From assembly GCA_028023455.1 (NCBI GenBank), contig JAQFVV010000006.1, positions 19,716,001 through 19,780,000 on the forward strand: DNA of 64,000 nt, given 5' to 3'. The DNA is from Epiperipatus broadwayi. Its lineage: Eukaryota; Animalia; Onychophora. Below the pieces are notes generated by a model that did no database searches, was not told the origin of the DNA, and was given only the letters and a program-made list of their open reading frames with translations. This document shows, piece after piece, positions 1 through 11,546 of the stretch; the first letter of the stretch is position 1; every line of letters begins with the position of its first letter. The position numbers and the translations under genes are program-made.

Positions 1-2699
1 CTAATGCATTAAAAAATATAATTTTTTTTTTATATACTTTCTATTTTTGCAAAGTGATGTTTAATAATAAATACACACAAAAAAAGTAATTTTATTTTGT
101 CATAAACTCTATTCAATCTGAAGACTATATATTTATTAAAAATGTTCGATTTGAACCTTGATTTTTTTATGTTTAATTCCATCTCAAAGGTAAATTAATA
201 GGATTTATGAGTACTTATACATGAATCTGAAACTAGAATATTTAATTTTTAAAAAAAAGTATAATAAAAACTTCCAAATCATGCATTATAGTATGAGAAA
301 GGATATGTTAAGAATAACAAAAGATCAAAAGCAAAATACATGGACGAGAGAACACTCATTATTTTGTTTTTGATTAAATTTGCTAAAGGTGCAATTTCTA
401 GAAACAATATTATTAGTGACATCACTGTAAAAAATTTTGAAAAAGACTAAATGTGAAAACAATGGTTAAGAAAGTTGGTGAAGTGTTTTTCAGAAAATAA
501 ACTATGGACTAGTAAAATTTGGTTAAACTTGGAGAGACTTTTAACCTGAAAATCAAAATAATTATTGAAAATTGATAATAATGATACTTTAACATGCTGC
601 AAAAAAGATATCTACCTAAAAATGATACATCTATATTATGATCAAGTATGGATTGATTAGTTTCATAATTTATTTTGGTGGACATTAGTTAATAATGTCT
701 CATAAATATATAGTTAACAAATGTCTAAATGATCAATTAATAAAAAATAAATATGTGTATCAAAATACATTTAGCAGACATACGCATGTATATATTAATA
801 TGAATACAGTATATTACTAAGTAAAAAATTTCTTTCCGTTTTTAACAAAAATATAAATTCACAATTTTTACAGCTGTTTACCTTATAATATAATTAAAAT
901 CCAAAACAATACCATCATTTTAAATTACATATATATATTTTTTTTCCTTGTGAAAATTCAATGTGTTTCTCTACAACAATTTCATCTAAAAAAATATTTG
1001 CATAGTCAGGATTTCAATGGGCACTAAACATTGAAACATACTTCAAAAAAGTCCATACTGTATTGAAGAAAGTCTTTTGAAATTGCCTTCTTCAAATGTT
1101 TACTAAGACACAGCTATTACAAAAAATAAAAAGCAAATAGAATTTTTATTATTGTAAAGCAAAAAAAAAAAAGTAAATGAAAAGTAGATGAAATTTTATT
1201 TTGAATAAATTTTTATTGATTTCGCAATTTCCAGTTCAAATGGATAAAAAAATATTGATTCAAACAGAAAATATATATATATGAAAGACAGAAAAGGGAG
1301 ACAAAAAAATAAAAGAAACTTCATCAATTTTAAAATTACTATAAAATACCACCTGAAGCCCAGTTTATGGATTTAATACAATGATAAATAGCAACTATTT
1401 ATAATAATATATGTCAAAAGCGGTCTGATCAGAAATGCCATGAGGCATAACAAGATCAAATCAATAATATCTTTAATTATCAATGGTGAAGGATGTGCTC
1501 TCTCTAACACTAAATTAGTATTTAATATTTATAGCAAGGTCATGTATGTGTATGCGTGTAATTGCAATACATCATGTAAGAGAGTGTGTGTGTATGTATA
1601 CTCACACATTAAAAACGTCTCACTAAAAGTAATGTAAGACTGTTTTAAATAGTACATCCAAAGCAAAGATCTCTCCTAACACTTCATAGAGTAACAGTGA
1701 AAGAGAGACTACTCATCCGGTTAGACAACTGCAGGATAGTGGGGTTTGAACAATTTTCCACTGTAATTTTATCTTTTAGATACTCATTATCAGGCAATAT
1801 TGGATCAGTAGCTATAGGATGGCTGTGTTAAAAAAATTCCTCTATCCGAAATCTGAAAAAATGTTCAAGACTTGAGCCATTTTGTAGGCATTGCAAGAAG
1901 CCATGAAGTCTGTAAATCTAATACAGAGCAAATTTTTGAAGTTGAACAGATGAACAGACACTAGTTGGACAATAAAGGCTTACGAATATCTGTTATAGAG
2001 TTGATTCATAAAGTAATGAATATATCACTATTATAAGAAATTATTTCTTAAATATATATACTATATCTATTATAAAATGTTAGCAAAAAAATGTCTTTGA
2101 CTATTTCTTATCTACTTGGGGAATGGAGAATTGATAAAAATTTATTCTAATATGTTAATCTGTTGTTTTGCATCACAATGGTAAAAATATATGTCTGATC
2201 ACAAAATAAATTAGTAGAGTTTCAACTTTTGCTATGAAAAAACTGGAGAATATCTAAAAAACTGAAATTTTCTTGAACAAGTACTGTTTAAATTAATAAA
2301 ATGAATCCTCAACTAGAGAACTGGATTAATAAAACAAACAAAAATAATATTATAATAATGGTTTTTTTAATTACATGTAAAATTTTGTAATAAAAATAAC
2401 TGTAATACTGGTGTTATATTTTTGATATGTCACATAAACACACACACACAAAGAGATGATAAAAATCATCTGATCCAAAATTGGCATTAGAATTTTCTGA
2501 GATTAAAAAGGATCAAACTGTTGAAGGTTACTTTAGAAAAAACATTGTTATGTCAAACTGTTTGATATTCTGATATTGACTATCTGATGAGTCATTTTAT
2601 TAAAGAAGAAAAGCAAAATCTTTTATAAATAACTATAATCAGAAACAAACTACTGAAGGATAGAAAACGACTTTTATGAAAGATTGTACAAAAAAGAAC

Positions 2700-3420
2700 A
2701 AACTTCTACAGAACAGATTCCTAACGATATAATCATTAGAAAATAATGCATTATGAGTTTCATAAGCAGACTATTTATACTGTTTGGCATTTCAAAGTCA
2801 CTGGTTTCTGATGAATAATAACTGAATCATTAATTACTTGATAGATCATATGATATACAAAAAAAGATATGTTTGAATTTTGATACAAAAATCTTTAGTT
2901 CTCAAATCCATCCCTCTAACTTGGTGCTAAAAACAAAAGATATTTCTAGTGTGAATGGTTGACATGAAAGAAATAATTCGAAGTATGTCATATGTTCAGA
3001 GAACTCAATATTTCCACATTATGGCAAAAATTTAACCCTAGTACTTAAAATGCTTGTTAGCTAGACTACCTTCATTCAAAACTTGAAACATGGTAATGCA
3101 AATATAATTTTGGCAGTCCTATTATGGTAATTAGTTCAATTATTACACTGAATAGAGGGGTCACATTTGTAGACTTTATATTTGGGAAACTGATGCCTTG
3201 TATTATACAAAAAAACATTCAAGCAATGTTGTTTGAGACTAGAAATGGTGCAAAATCAATGAACTAAATCTCTTATGTAATAAAAATTAGGATATTATTT
3301 TCCAAGATAATTAATTTTGAGGAACATGAAGATAAAGTCAAACATTTCCTATAGTTTCTCATGGATAGGTATGTAAAAGATGTTCTGGTCATATAGTACA
3401 GCTATTACTTGAAAGTTTTT
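2700..3420 (+). pseudogene. Highly degenerate Tc1-like transposase remnant
   Basis: Broken frames give KYVICSENS (cf. KNVLWSDES), QNLKHGNANII (cf. PTVKHGGGSVMV) and FQDN (cf. FQQDN) in the Tc1 order; many stops/frameshifts, TIRs not found. Confidence 0.4.
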
Positions 3421-4027
3421 ACTTTTATTAATGCTTAATTTTAGCATAACTTCAAAGTTTGCATTTTATTTAATAAAAGACTGTACTATAATAGGAATAA
3501 AACAACAAAAATAAAATGTAATAAACAAGAATAATGGATGAAGCTGCTATGCATGATTATGAACAAAAGCATTTAGATTGAATTAAAACTCAAAACTGAG
3601 CACTTATAATCTTCCTCATATGAAATATCATTCTCAACAATAGTGTTTCCAAGTCTTTATTAGTCTACAAAAAGGACAGACAGCTCTTTAAGAGCTAATG
3701 TTTCAATTTAAAAAAAAAAAGAGAAGAAACCCAACTATCTATGCAGTAAACTGTTGCATCAAGACCATATTTTGCCAACAATCAACTAGATAAAGCAATA
3801 ATTTGAGGAACAATGAATTTGTGAAAAATAATATTTATATGGTATTATTAATTCTATGGTCAAAAAAAAAAAAATAAACAAAGATACAAAAAATGAAATA
3901 TGCAGGATGAGGGATAAAGATTTCACTATATTTGGGATTTTTAGCATAATTGAAAGAAAAGACACACTAAGCTTAGTTCTTAAGCACTGATTGAAAGATC
4001 TAAAATGGTTTAATATAACAATCAATC

Positions 4028-4725
4028 TAAATAAAATTGAAACAAACAACTAATTATATTAACAATTATTTAATTATCAACCCGGCTTTCATCTCTTATT
4101 GAGACCTTTTCAAGATATAAAGTTTTATACATCACATGATTTATTAACTACATTCACTCCACCTATTAGACATTATTTTACCTTCAACAATATAATTAAC
4201 ATTACACATAGAAATACATAAACAAATGGCATAAAATAAAATTACATACAAAACAATAATAATTAATAACAACTTAAAACTATATAAATACATATATTTT
4301 AATATACCTATATAAATAAATAAATATTCAACTCCCCCTTCCCTTTTATAAACCCTCATTCACAATTCAACCCTGACTTTTTTACCATAATTTTTAAATC
4401 TTCCAATTATCTAATAATAATTATTTATTTATTTATATAGGTATATTAAATTATATGTATTTATATAGTTTTAAGTTGTTGTTATTATTATTGCTATTTT
4501 TTACGTACTTTTATTTTTTATTTTAAGTCATTTGTTTATGCATTTATATGTGTAACGTTAATTATATTGTTGAAGGTAAAATAATGTCTAACAGGTGGAG
4601 TGAATGTAGTTAATAAGTCATGTGATGTATAAAAATTTATATCTTGAAAAGATCTCAGTAAGAGATGAAAGCCAGGTTGATAATTAAATAATTATAAATA
4701 TAATTAGTTGTTTCAATTTTATTTA
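4028..4725. repeat. Long imperfect inverted repeat (foldback/MITE-like), about 300-bp arms and about 90-bp spacer
   Basis: 4028-~4328 is the reverse complement of ~4418-4725 with scattered mismatches/indels (e.g. ATTATCAACCCGGCTTTCATCTCTT vs AAGAGATGAAAGCCAGGTTGATAAT). Confidence 0.9.
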
Positions 4726-5964
4726 AGTAGATATCAATAACAACATTGTAGACAAAATTATTTTTATATTGGATATTTGACCATTGTATATATTAAAATT
4801 ATTTATTCACCATCAGATGATAATGACGAAAAAGGTGAATAGAAAGATTCTTTACACTTATTTCATTTATGACCTTTTTAACTTGAAAAACTCAAGAATA
4901 AATAAGTTAAATGACATTAAATTACTGAAAACTAGTCTTAATACACAATAATAAAGGGTCAACCTGCTTATTTTTTGAGTCCACCATTCGACTATTGTGA
5001 TAAACTTCATAGAGCAATATTGTATTGCAAACTATCATTCCATAAGAAGTCTGTTATAATTTTTTGGAATGATAATTTATAGGAATATAATAAGGGCAAG
5101 TTGTTTATTTTTCACATTGCAGAAGAATGCTTAAAAATATAATGGCAAATCTCATTCCTTTATGGTAGTGAGCCATGTCAATGACAGTTGCTATTCTTTA
5201 ATTAATTACCAATATACTACAATATCACTAGGCCATACCACCTTATCCATAATTATAAATAATGATGATATGGTAAACATATATAATTAGACTTTGAACA
5301 TATGTATAAAACGATGCTATTTTAAATTAATTAAAATATTATAACATTATATTTACATTGAACTCTAATTCCTAATCTTAACATAAAATTAGAATGGAAA
5401 AAAAATAAACAAATATTAAATTAATATTCTTTGTAGTTAATTGAATGAAATTCACCAACATTTCAGGGGTGATATTTCTATGCTGATTTTACTTTTGATT
5501 AATAGGTAAAGGAGGTTTTCTTAGATGTTACCAGGAGAGCAAATCTAATTTTATTTTATCTGTTTAAGCAAGTATGAAAAAAAAAGTTAGTACTTCTGAG
5601 ATATGACATAAAAACACAAAACTAATAAGACAGATAATGGAAAAAAGGTAAGCCATAAACAAACCAAGAAGCGATATTTCCAATTCTTTCTCTTTACACA
5701 TACAATTAAAGACAAATAAATTGACAAGATAAAACTATTTTTAGAAATCAATTAATAACTATCTCAAAGTGATTTCCATAGATATGTATATTAAATAAAT
5801 AAACAAAAAATTGAAAGAAATTAGTAAAATATTTAATAATATTATAAAGAATGTAATGAATAAATAATAAAACAGTCTATTGCTTGGCAAATTTATAAAT
5901 AGTTTGCAAATTGGAAGTGTCAGAGCTGGAGATACATCCATGGATTCTACCACTTTACTAAATC

Positions 5965-6196
5965 AAAGGACTTGAGTACAAACCTTCATGCTCTCCACAA
6001 CCAATACACATGATTACATGCATGTGAAAAAGATGCAGGATATCCAATAAACATATTTTGTGCTAAACCAGCACTCATCAGTTGGTATATTGGAGATCAT
6101 ATGCACCTTTTTCACATGCATGCGATCATGTGTATTGGTTGTATAAGATTGAGTGGCTGGCTGTGGGAAGCATAAAGGTCAGAGTTCAAGTCCCTT
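5965..6196. repeat. Imperfect inverted repeat whose central loop holds a hammerhead core
   Basis: CCAATACACATGATTACATGCATGTGAAAAAGATGCA (6001-) pairs with TGCACCTTTTTCACATGCATGCGATCATGTGTATTGG (6102-); outer arms AAGGACTTGA / TCAAGTCCCTT. Confidence 0.85.
6050..6081 (-). ncRNA. Degenerate minimal type I hammerhead ribozyme core
   Basis: Minus strand reads CTGATGA-GTGC-TGGTTTA-GCAC-[A]AAA-[T]ATGT-T: intact CUGAUGA box, perfect 4-bp stem II, G12>A, near-palindromic short stem III (ACATGT>ATATGT). Confidence 0.6.
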
Positions 6197-8333
6197 CTAA
6201 TTAGATTAAGCTCAATTTAGACAATGTACATGCAGATAAACATTAAACCAACTTAATAAAAAAATGCAATAAAAAAAAATCCTGCATTCATAAAGAGTTT
6301 AAAAAAAATTATCATATTATCAAAATATATTTCTTAATGTAAAAAAAATTTTTTAAAAAAAATATAAATGGTTGTGGTTATGGGCTCGACATATGACATC
6401 ATCAGTTGTATTTTTATACTAACCTGATCCACCCAAATTAAACCCAAAACTGTAAAAATACAGATTTTAAATTTAAAAAATTCAAATAATAGTTAAAATT
6501 ATATATACATACAAGTTTTGTTTTTTTTAATAAATAGAAAATACTCACTACAATATCAAAGAATAAAGATAGTCAGCTTTATCATTATTAATTGTATGGA
6601 GGTGTGAAATGTATTTGTGTAAAGAAAATATTTTTTGATGTGCATTTATACACAAAACTGAAATGTAATTCAATAAAATTCATCGAAATTTTTTATTAGT
6701 TTATTCTGTATATGCATGCATACACACAGAAAAATAGCATATAAGTATTTAATATAATTTTTGTGTCATTAAAAAGGCTAGATAAAAAACTATTCTAGAC
6801 TTTATTCAAACACAAATAAGTCCTATTAACACAAAAAAAAAAAACATTGAAAAATATGGAGAAGAATGAGAGAGATCAAAATTCAATAACATAAAATTAT
6901 TTAACACATTTCTTTTTCCAGAATTATTTGTAAATGAGTACAGCCATTCTAATTATAGAATAAAAAACAAAGAATAAAAATTAAAAATGAATTTTGAATG
7001 ATAATACAAACAAATCTGTAAATCAAAATCTGGCCACAATTTATCACATGCTGCTACTTTAATCTATTTGATGTCTTGCTATGTTGCGATTTAACTTCTA
7101 CAACCGATTTAATTTTTTTATAATACCCTAATAGCAGATCTGAATTAAGGGTTTATAAGATGAAATTGAAACTTAATGTCTTTTTATTAAATTTGTAGTG
7201 GTCATTTGAATATTTTACAGCCTTGAAAAGTAAAAAGATCTGGTGCTAAAAATTATAACTTAAGAAATTAAGAAACAAAATGAGGCAATACTGCTGACAC
7301 TCAGTTTTCTGCATGGTTTTGAATCATCATACTGTATTTGGGCTAAAATTGCTATTCATGCTATTGCGATGAACAGTCCTTTGCAATATCAACATGTTAG
7401 AACACTTTCAGACAGACTGGAAAATTGCACTGGCGTAAGTGAATCATTTATATGCATGTATTTATAATTTTAATCATTTAGAGCAATATTTATTGTTTGC
7501 TGAAATATAAATCAATAACAATAACAGTTTTAACATATTAGCTGATATTTTCAAAAACACAACATGCAATATACAGAATATATATAATTAAACATGTAAA
7601 TAAATAACAGAAATATTGAAGTCATTACACTGTTTAGCAATATTCATAAATTAAATACTTTCTTTGCTTAACTGAAAATTCCTCTACTAATTCATTTTAA
7701 TATAATGCATACAAAATGTCATTTTTAATAAATGATAAGAAATAATCTGTTCAATGTAGATTCACTCATAACATTTTCTGAAATTACTTGTAATTAATTT
7801 CAATTTAAAAAAAAGATACCTCTCCATGGCATTACAAGTCATAAAGTGCAAGGAAATATTGAAAAATAATAATGATTATACCCCAAGCTATTTTTCTTTA
7901 AACAATAATAATTGTGGCATAAATTTAGCATCCAAAAATCTGGCTTACTACTAGAAAATCCTTCATCCTGGATCTAGATGGACCATGATGCTAATTTAGA
8001 AATATTAAAACTTTCCTAACAGAATCTCTTGGCTGTATTCTATCCTCAATTATAGTCATTTCAACAAAAATTTTATTAACAATAAATAGTGATTACATAC
8101 TAATAAAGGATAGATAAATGAATAAATTGTACAATAATATGATTGTATAATGTTCTATTTGTTATCTGGCTAGATTTTGTTATGAGAGTACAATTGTTAT
8201 ACTCTTATGTGGTTAGGTATAGTGATGAGATTCTAATAACTTGATTTTTGGAATAAGCATTTTTTTATATAAACATGAATATTTTCTTTTAGAATTTCCT
8301 ATTCTATAATGCTGGGTAGGTGGGAGTTGATAA

Positions 8334-11300
8334 TCAGGAAAAGGAAAGTGCAGTTAAAGACCAGGTGTCATCAAAGACTTTACTGGAGGCCAGGAGCTGG
8401 TCACGTTTCTTGATTTTTTTGAGCGTTTGATAAAACAATGGTATGATTTGTGGCGGGGGTAATTCCATGAGAGTTTTGCATCTCACTATCCATATGGAAT
8501 AAAGGACAAAGGTAGAAAGCCTTATTATTGAAAAAAACCCATTATGAATGGCATTTTCAAGTGAGAAAATCATATCAGGTCTTATGTTGGAATTGATTAT
8601 AATTATATCTTTCAGTGTTTTAAGTCTTGGGCACCAGTGTATAATATGGTCTATGGTTTCATCTTCACGAGCACACAGACCACATATAGGGTCAATGCTG
8701 GTAAAACCTCTTCGGTGATAAAGGAACCAATTCGTGGGAAGCGCATTAAGATTTATTTTAATGATGAAGTCAAGGAATTTGGGTTCCAGACTCCATCTTT
8801 TAAAGTGTGAAATGAGTCTTTGGTTGGTTACTTTTAGGCTGGTTTTTATGGGTTATTGATTATAGTTGATTATATTGTATGCTTCCCATAAGGTGATTTT
8901 TTTGTTAAGGTTAAAGGGCATTATTGGGTTATAAAGTTGTAGGTGGTCTATTAGGGAGGCTATCCATGAACTGGCAGAGGGCGGAGGACAATCTGTCGGT
9001 GTAATTTTTTTAATAATGTTGGAGTATCCACAGGAGAGGATCAGATTATGTAGAGTGTTGTGGGTTTTCTGTAAAATTATTGCTTGTATTGAGTGGAATG
9101 ACAGTCCATTGAACCTGCGTGGTCGTTGGATGCCTCGCAAGCTAATAGCAACTATCCTTCCTCTACAAAGAAGTTTGGTACATAATCGGTTGATTTTATT
9201 TTGAAACTGTTTAGACATTTTTACGAATGGAAGGTAATATGAGATTTTTGGCATTATGATCATGTTGAGGAGGCCAACCTTTCCATATAATGAAAGGTAT
9301 ACTCTAGAGAGTGACGTGGTGATGGCTTCAGTTGAATGGAGGATTGCATCTTGAATCTCTCTTGCCATTGCAGTTGGTGTTTTGAAGATTGGGAAACCTA
9401 GGTATCTTTGGGGTTTTGCAGAAAAGGGAGAGTTAATTTCTTTACCAGACATAATCTTCCAGATGGAAGATTTGTTAAAGTTTATTTGTAGGCCAAGTTT
9501 CGCTGTATTTCTGTTTAAGATGTTCATGAGATGGGGAAGGTATTTAATGGTGGGAAGAACAACCATGATGTCATCTATATATGCAAATACGAGAGGGAAG
9601 GAAAATTCCAGGGAGGTTTTTTTTCTATATCCATCAGAAGAGGGTTGATGTATGCTGTGAAGAAAAGAGCACTGAGTGGAGATCCTTGAGGGATCGACTT
9701 GTATGGCTTGAAGCCTGGTGTGATCTTGCCATCAAGAGAGAGAAAAATCTCTCTGTTGTTGAGCAGATTGCTGATCATCTGAACAATCCCGGCTGGAATG
9801 TCGCATTCCGACAGAATATCCAGGAGGATATTTATCTGGACTGAATCAAATGCTGCCGCAACATCCAGCTGGACAGCAATAGGTTTTGATTTACGATGTC
9901 CTCTGATGTAATTGAATAGTGCAGTTACATTGGACATAGCATGCGAGGTTGATGATCCCTTTTTTCCGTATTGGTTTGACGAGATATGGCTAAGGATTTG
10001 AGTTTGGATTTGATCTTTAATGACTGACTCAATTATCTTGATAAGCAATGGGGTCATGGAAATTGGCCGGATATTGTTAAAGTCGTTTAGTGGTTTTGCT
10101 TTTTTAATAAAAGGCACGAGTGCCACTGGGTAAAGATCTGTTATGTTTCTGTTGCCGGAGGCTAGGTGATCAATCATTTTTTTAATAATTGGCACAGTGA
10201 ATTGACTGAGGTGTTTGAGAAGGAAATTTGGGATGCCATGAAGGCCAGGATGAACGCCGTCAGGGAGAGATGTTATCTTTTTGATTTGGATTTCTGTGAT
10301 GCCATGTTCGCCGGGGTCACCAGCATCCAACCAGCTGTTTATAGGAGGAGCTCCATCTTTTTGCATTAATTGGCAGAATTGTTTGCTGATGTGCTGCATC
10401 ATTGGAAAGCCAACGAGATTGGTTCCATTAGAATTAATGGATAAGGGAGTGATTTGTTTTCTATTGTACCCCAGTGCCCATCTAAGGTAGTCTCTCGTCC
10501 AGCAGCGTTGTTGTGCTAAGAAACATTTGGCTCTTCTGATGGATATATATTCTGCAAGGGATTTTTGCTTGATTTTGTAGAGATTTTTAAGGAAGATGAT
10601 TTTTTCTGTATTTGTGAAATTTTGCTGTAAAGCTTGAAGTTGTATATTAATGTCTGTTAGATCATTTAGAAGGTCATTAGGTCCTTTGATTTTCCTGGCG
10701 TGATTTAATATGGATTGTAGTATTCTGATGAAGAAAAACCAGCCCTCCTCAGCAGGCAGGGAAAGGATGTTTATTTTCTGGAAAAGGATGTATGCCTCAG
10801 ACCCTATCGCTTTGGTCATATTTGATTGGGTGATCATGCGCATGGTTTTACCAGGTCCATCAATAGGTGCAGGGATTGAAATAGGTGTAAGTTGTAAGAT
10901 TAGAGCCATATGATCAGAGAAAGCAACAGGGGCCAAGGCTGCATCAAGGTTGAAATGGAGGTCTGGGGTGTAGTAAACCAAATCAATCAGGGACTTTTTA
11001 GTTTTAGTATAGAAAGAGTAGGCTTCGGGAGGGAAGAAGCCCTCTCCACACATTAATCTGCGATTTATTAGATGCAAAAATCTCTTGTTGAAGTCATTGT
11101 ATGTGGTGTTAAAGTCTCCCAGAAGAATAGTAGGGGAGGCTCTGTTAGCATTGATGGCATTTAGGATGTGGATTATTTTTAGATATTGAGAGGTGTCTTT
11201 GGCTGTATATATATAAGCTATGATGATTGGATAACCCCAATAGTCTATTTCTATGATAATAATATTGGCATCTAGGAATAGAATGCTAAAACTGTTTGGT

Positions 11301-11540
11301 GGTGTTGACTTGCTGAACAGAATACCGACTCCACCTGAAGCAGAATGGCCTATGGAAAATCTAGTAAATCCGAGAGTTGAGAGAAGAGATAGTATTTTAT
11401 GATTGGTCTTATGGTGATATTTAGTTTCATCCATACGAAGTATATGAGGGGAGCAGAGCGAGAGCCAGTTTTTAATAGCTAGAACTCTATCAATTGAGTT
11501 GATGCCGCGGAATGTTAATGCCAGCAATTTTGCAGAACAT
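8334..11540 (-). pseudogene. ORF2 (APE endonuclease + reverse transcriptase + C-terminal CCHC) with four lesions
   Basis: Reconstructed start ATG at 11540 (MFCKIAGINI-RGINS after removing one extra base at ~11510); EN motifs DETK, LLGDFN, LIDLV, FSDH; RT motifs IRPIS, QLDVAAAFDSV, PQGSPLS, AYIDD (after -1 shift in A8 at 9617-9624); in-frame TAA at 8855-8853; ALPT and CGLC-X8-H-X4-C; last frameshift ~8590 leads to IWIVRCK C-terminus. Confidence 0.92.
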
Positions 11541-11546
11541 GATAGA

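Noticed and set aside
6375-6410. Minus-strand CTGATGATGTCATATGTCGAGC hammerhead-like string
   Set aside because: Stem II mispaired, no GAAA, no stem I
7264-7440. Open frame ending at CTGGC|GTAAGT (…MNSPLQYQHVRTLSDRLENCTG)
   Set aside because: No convincing acceptor or recognisable protein; cannot be supported as a host exon
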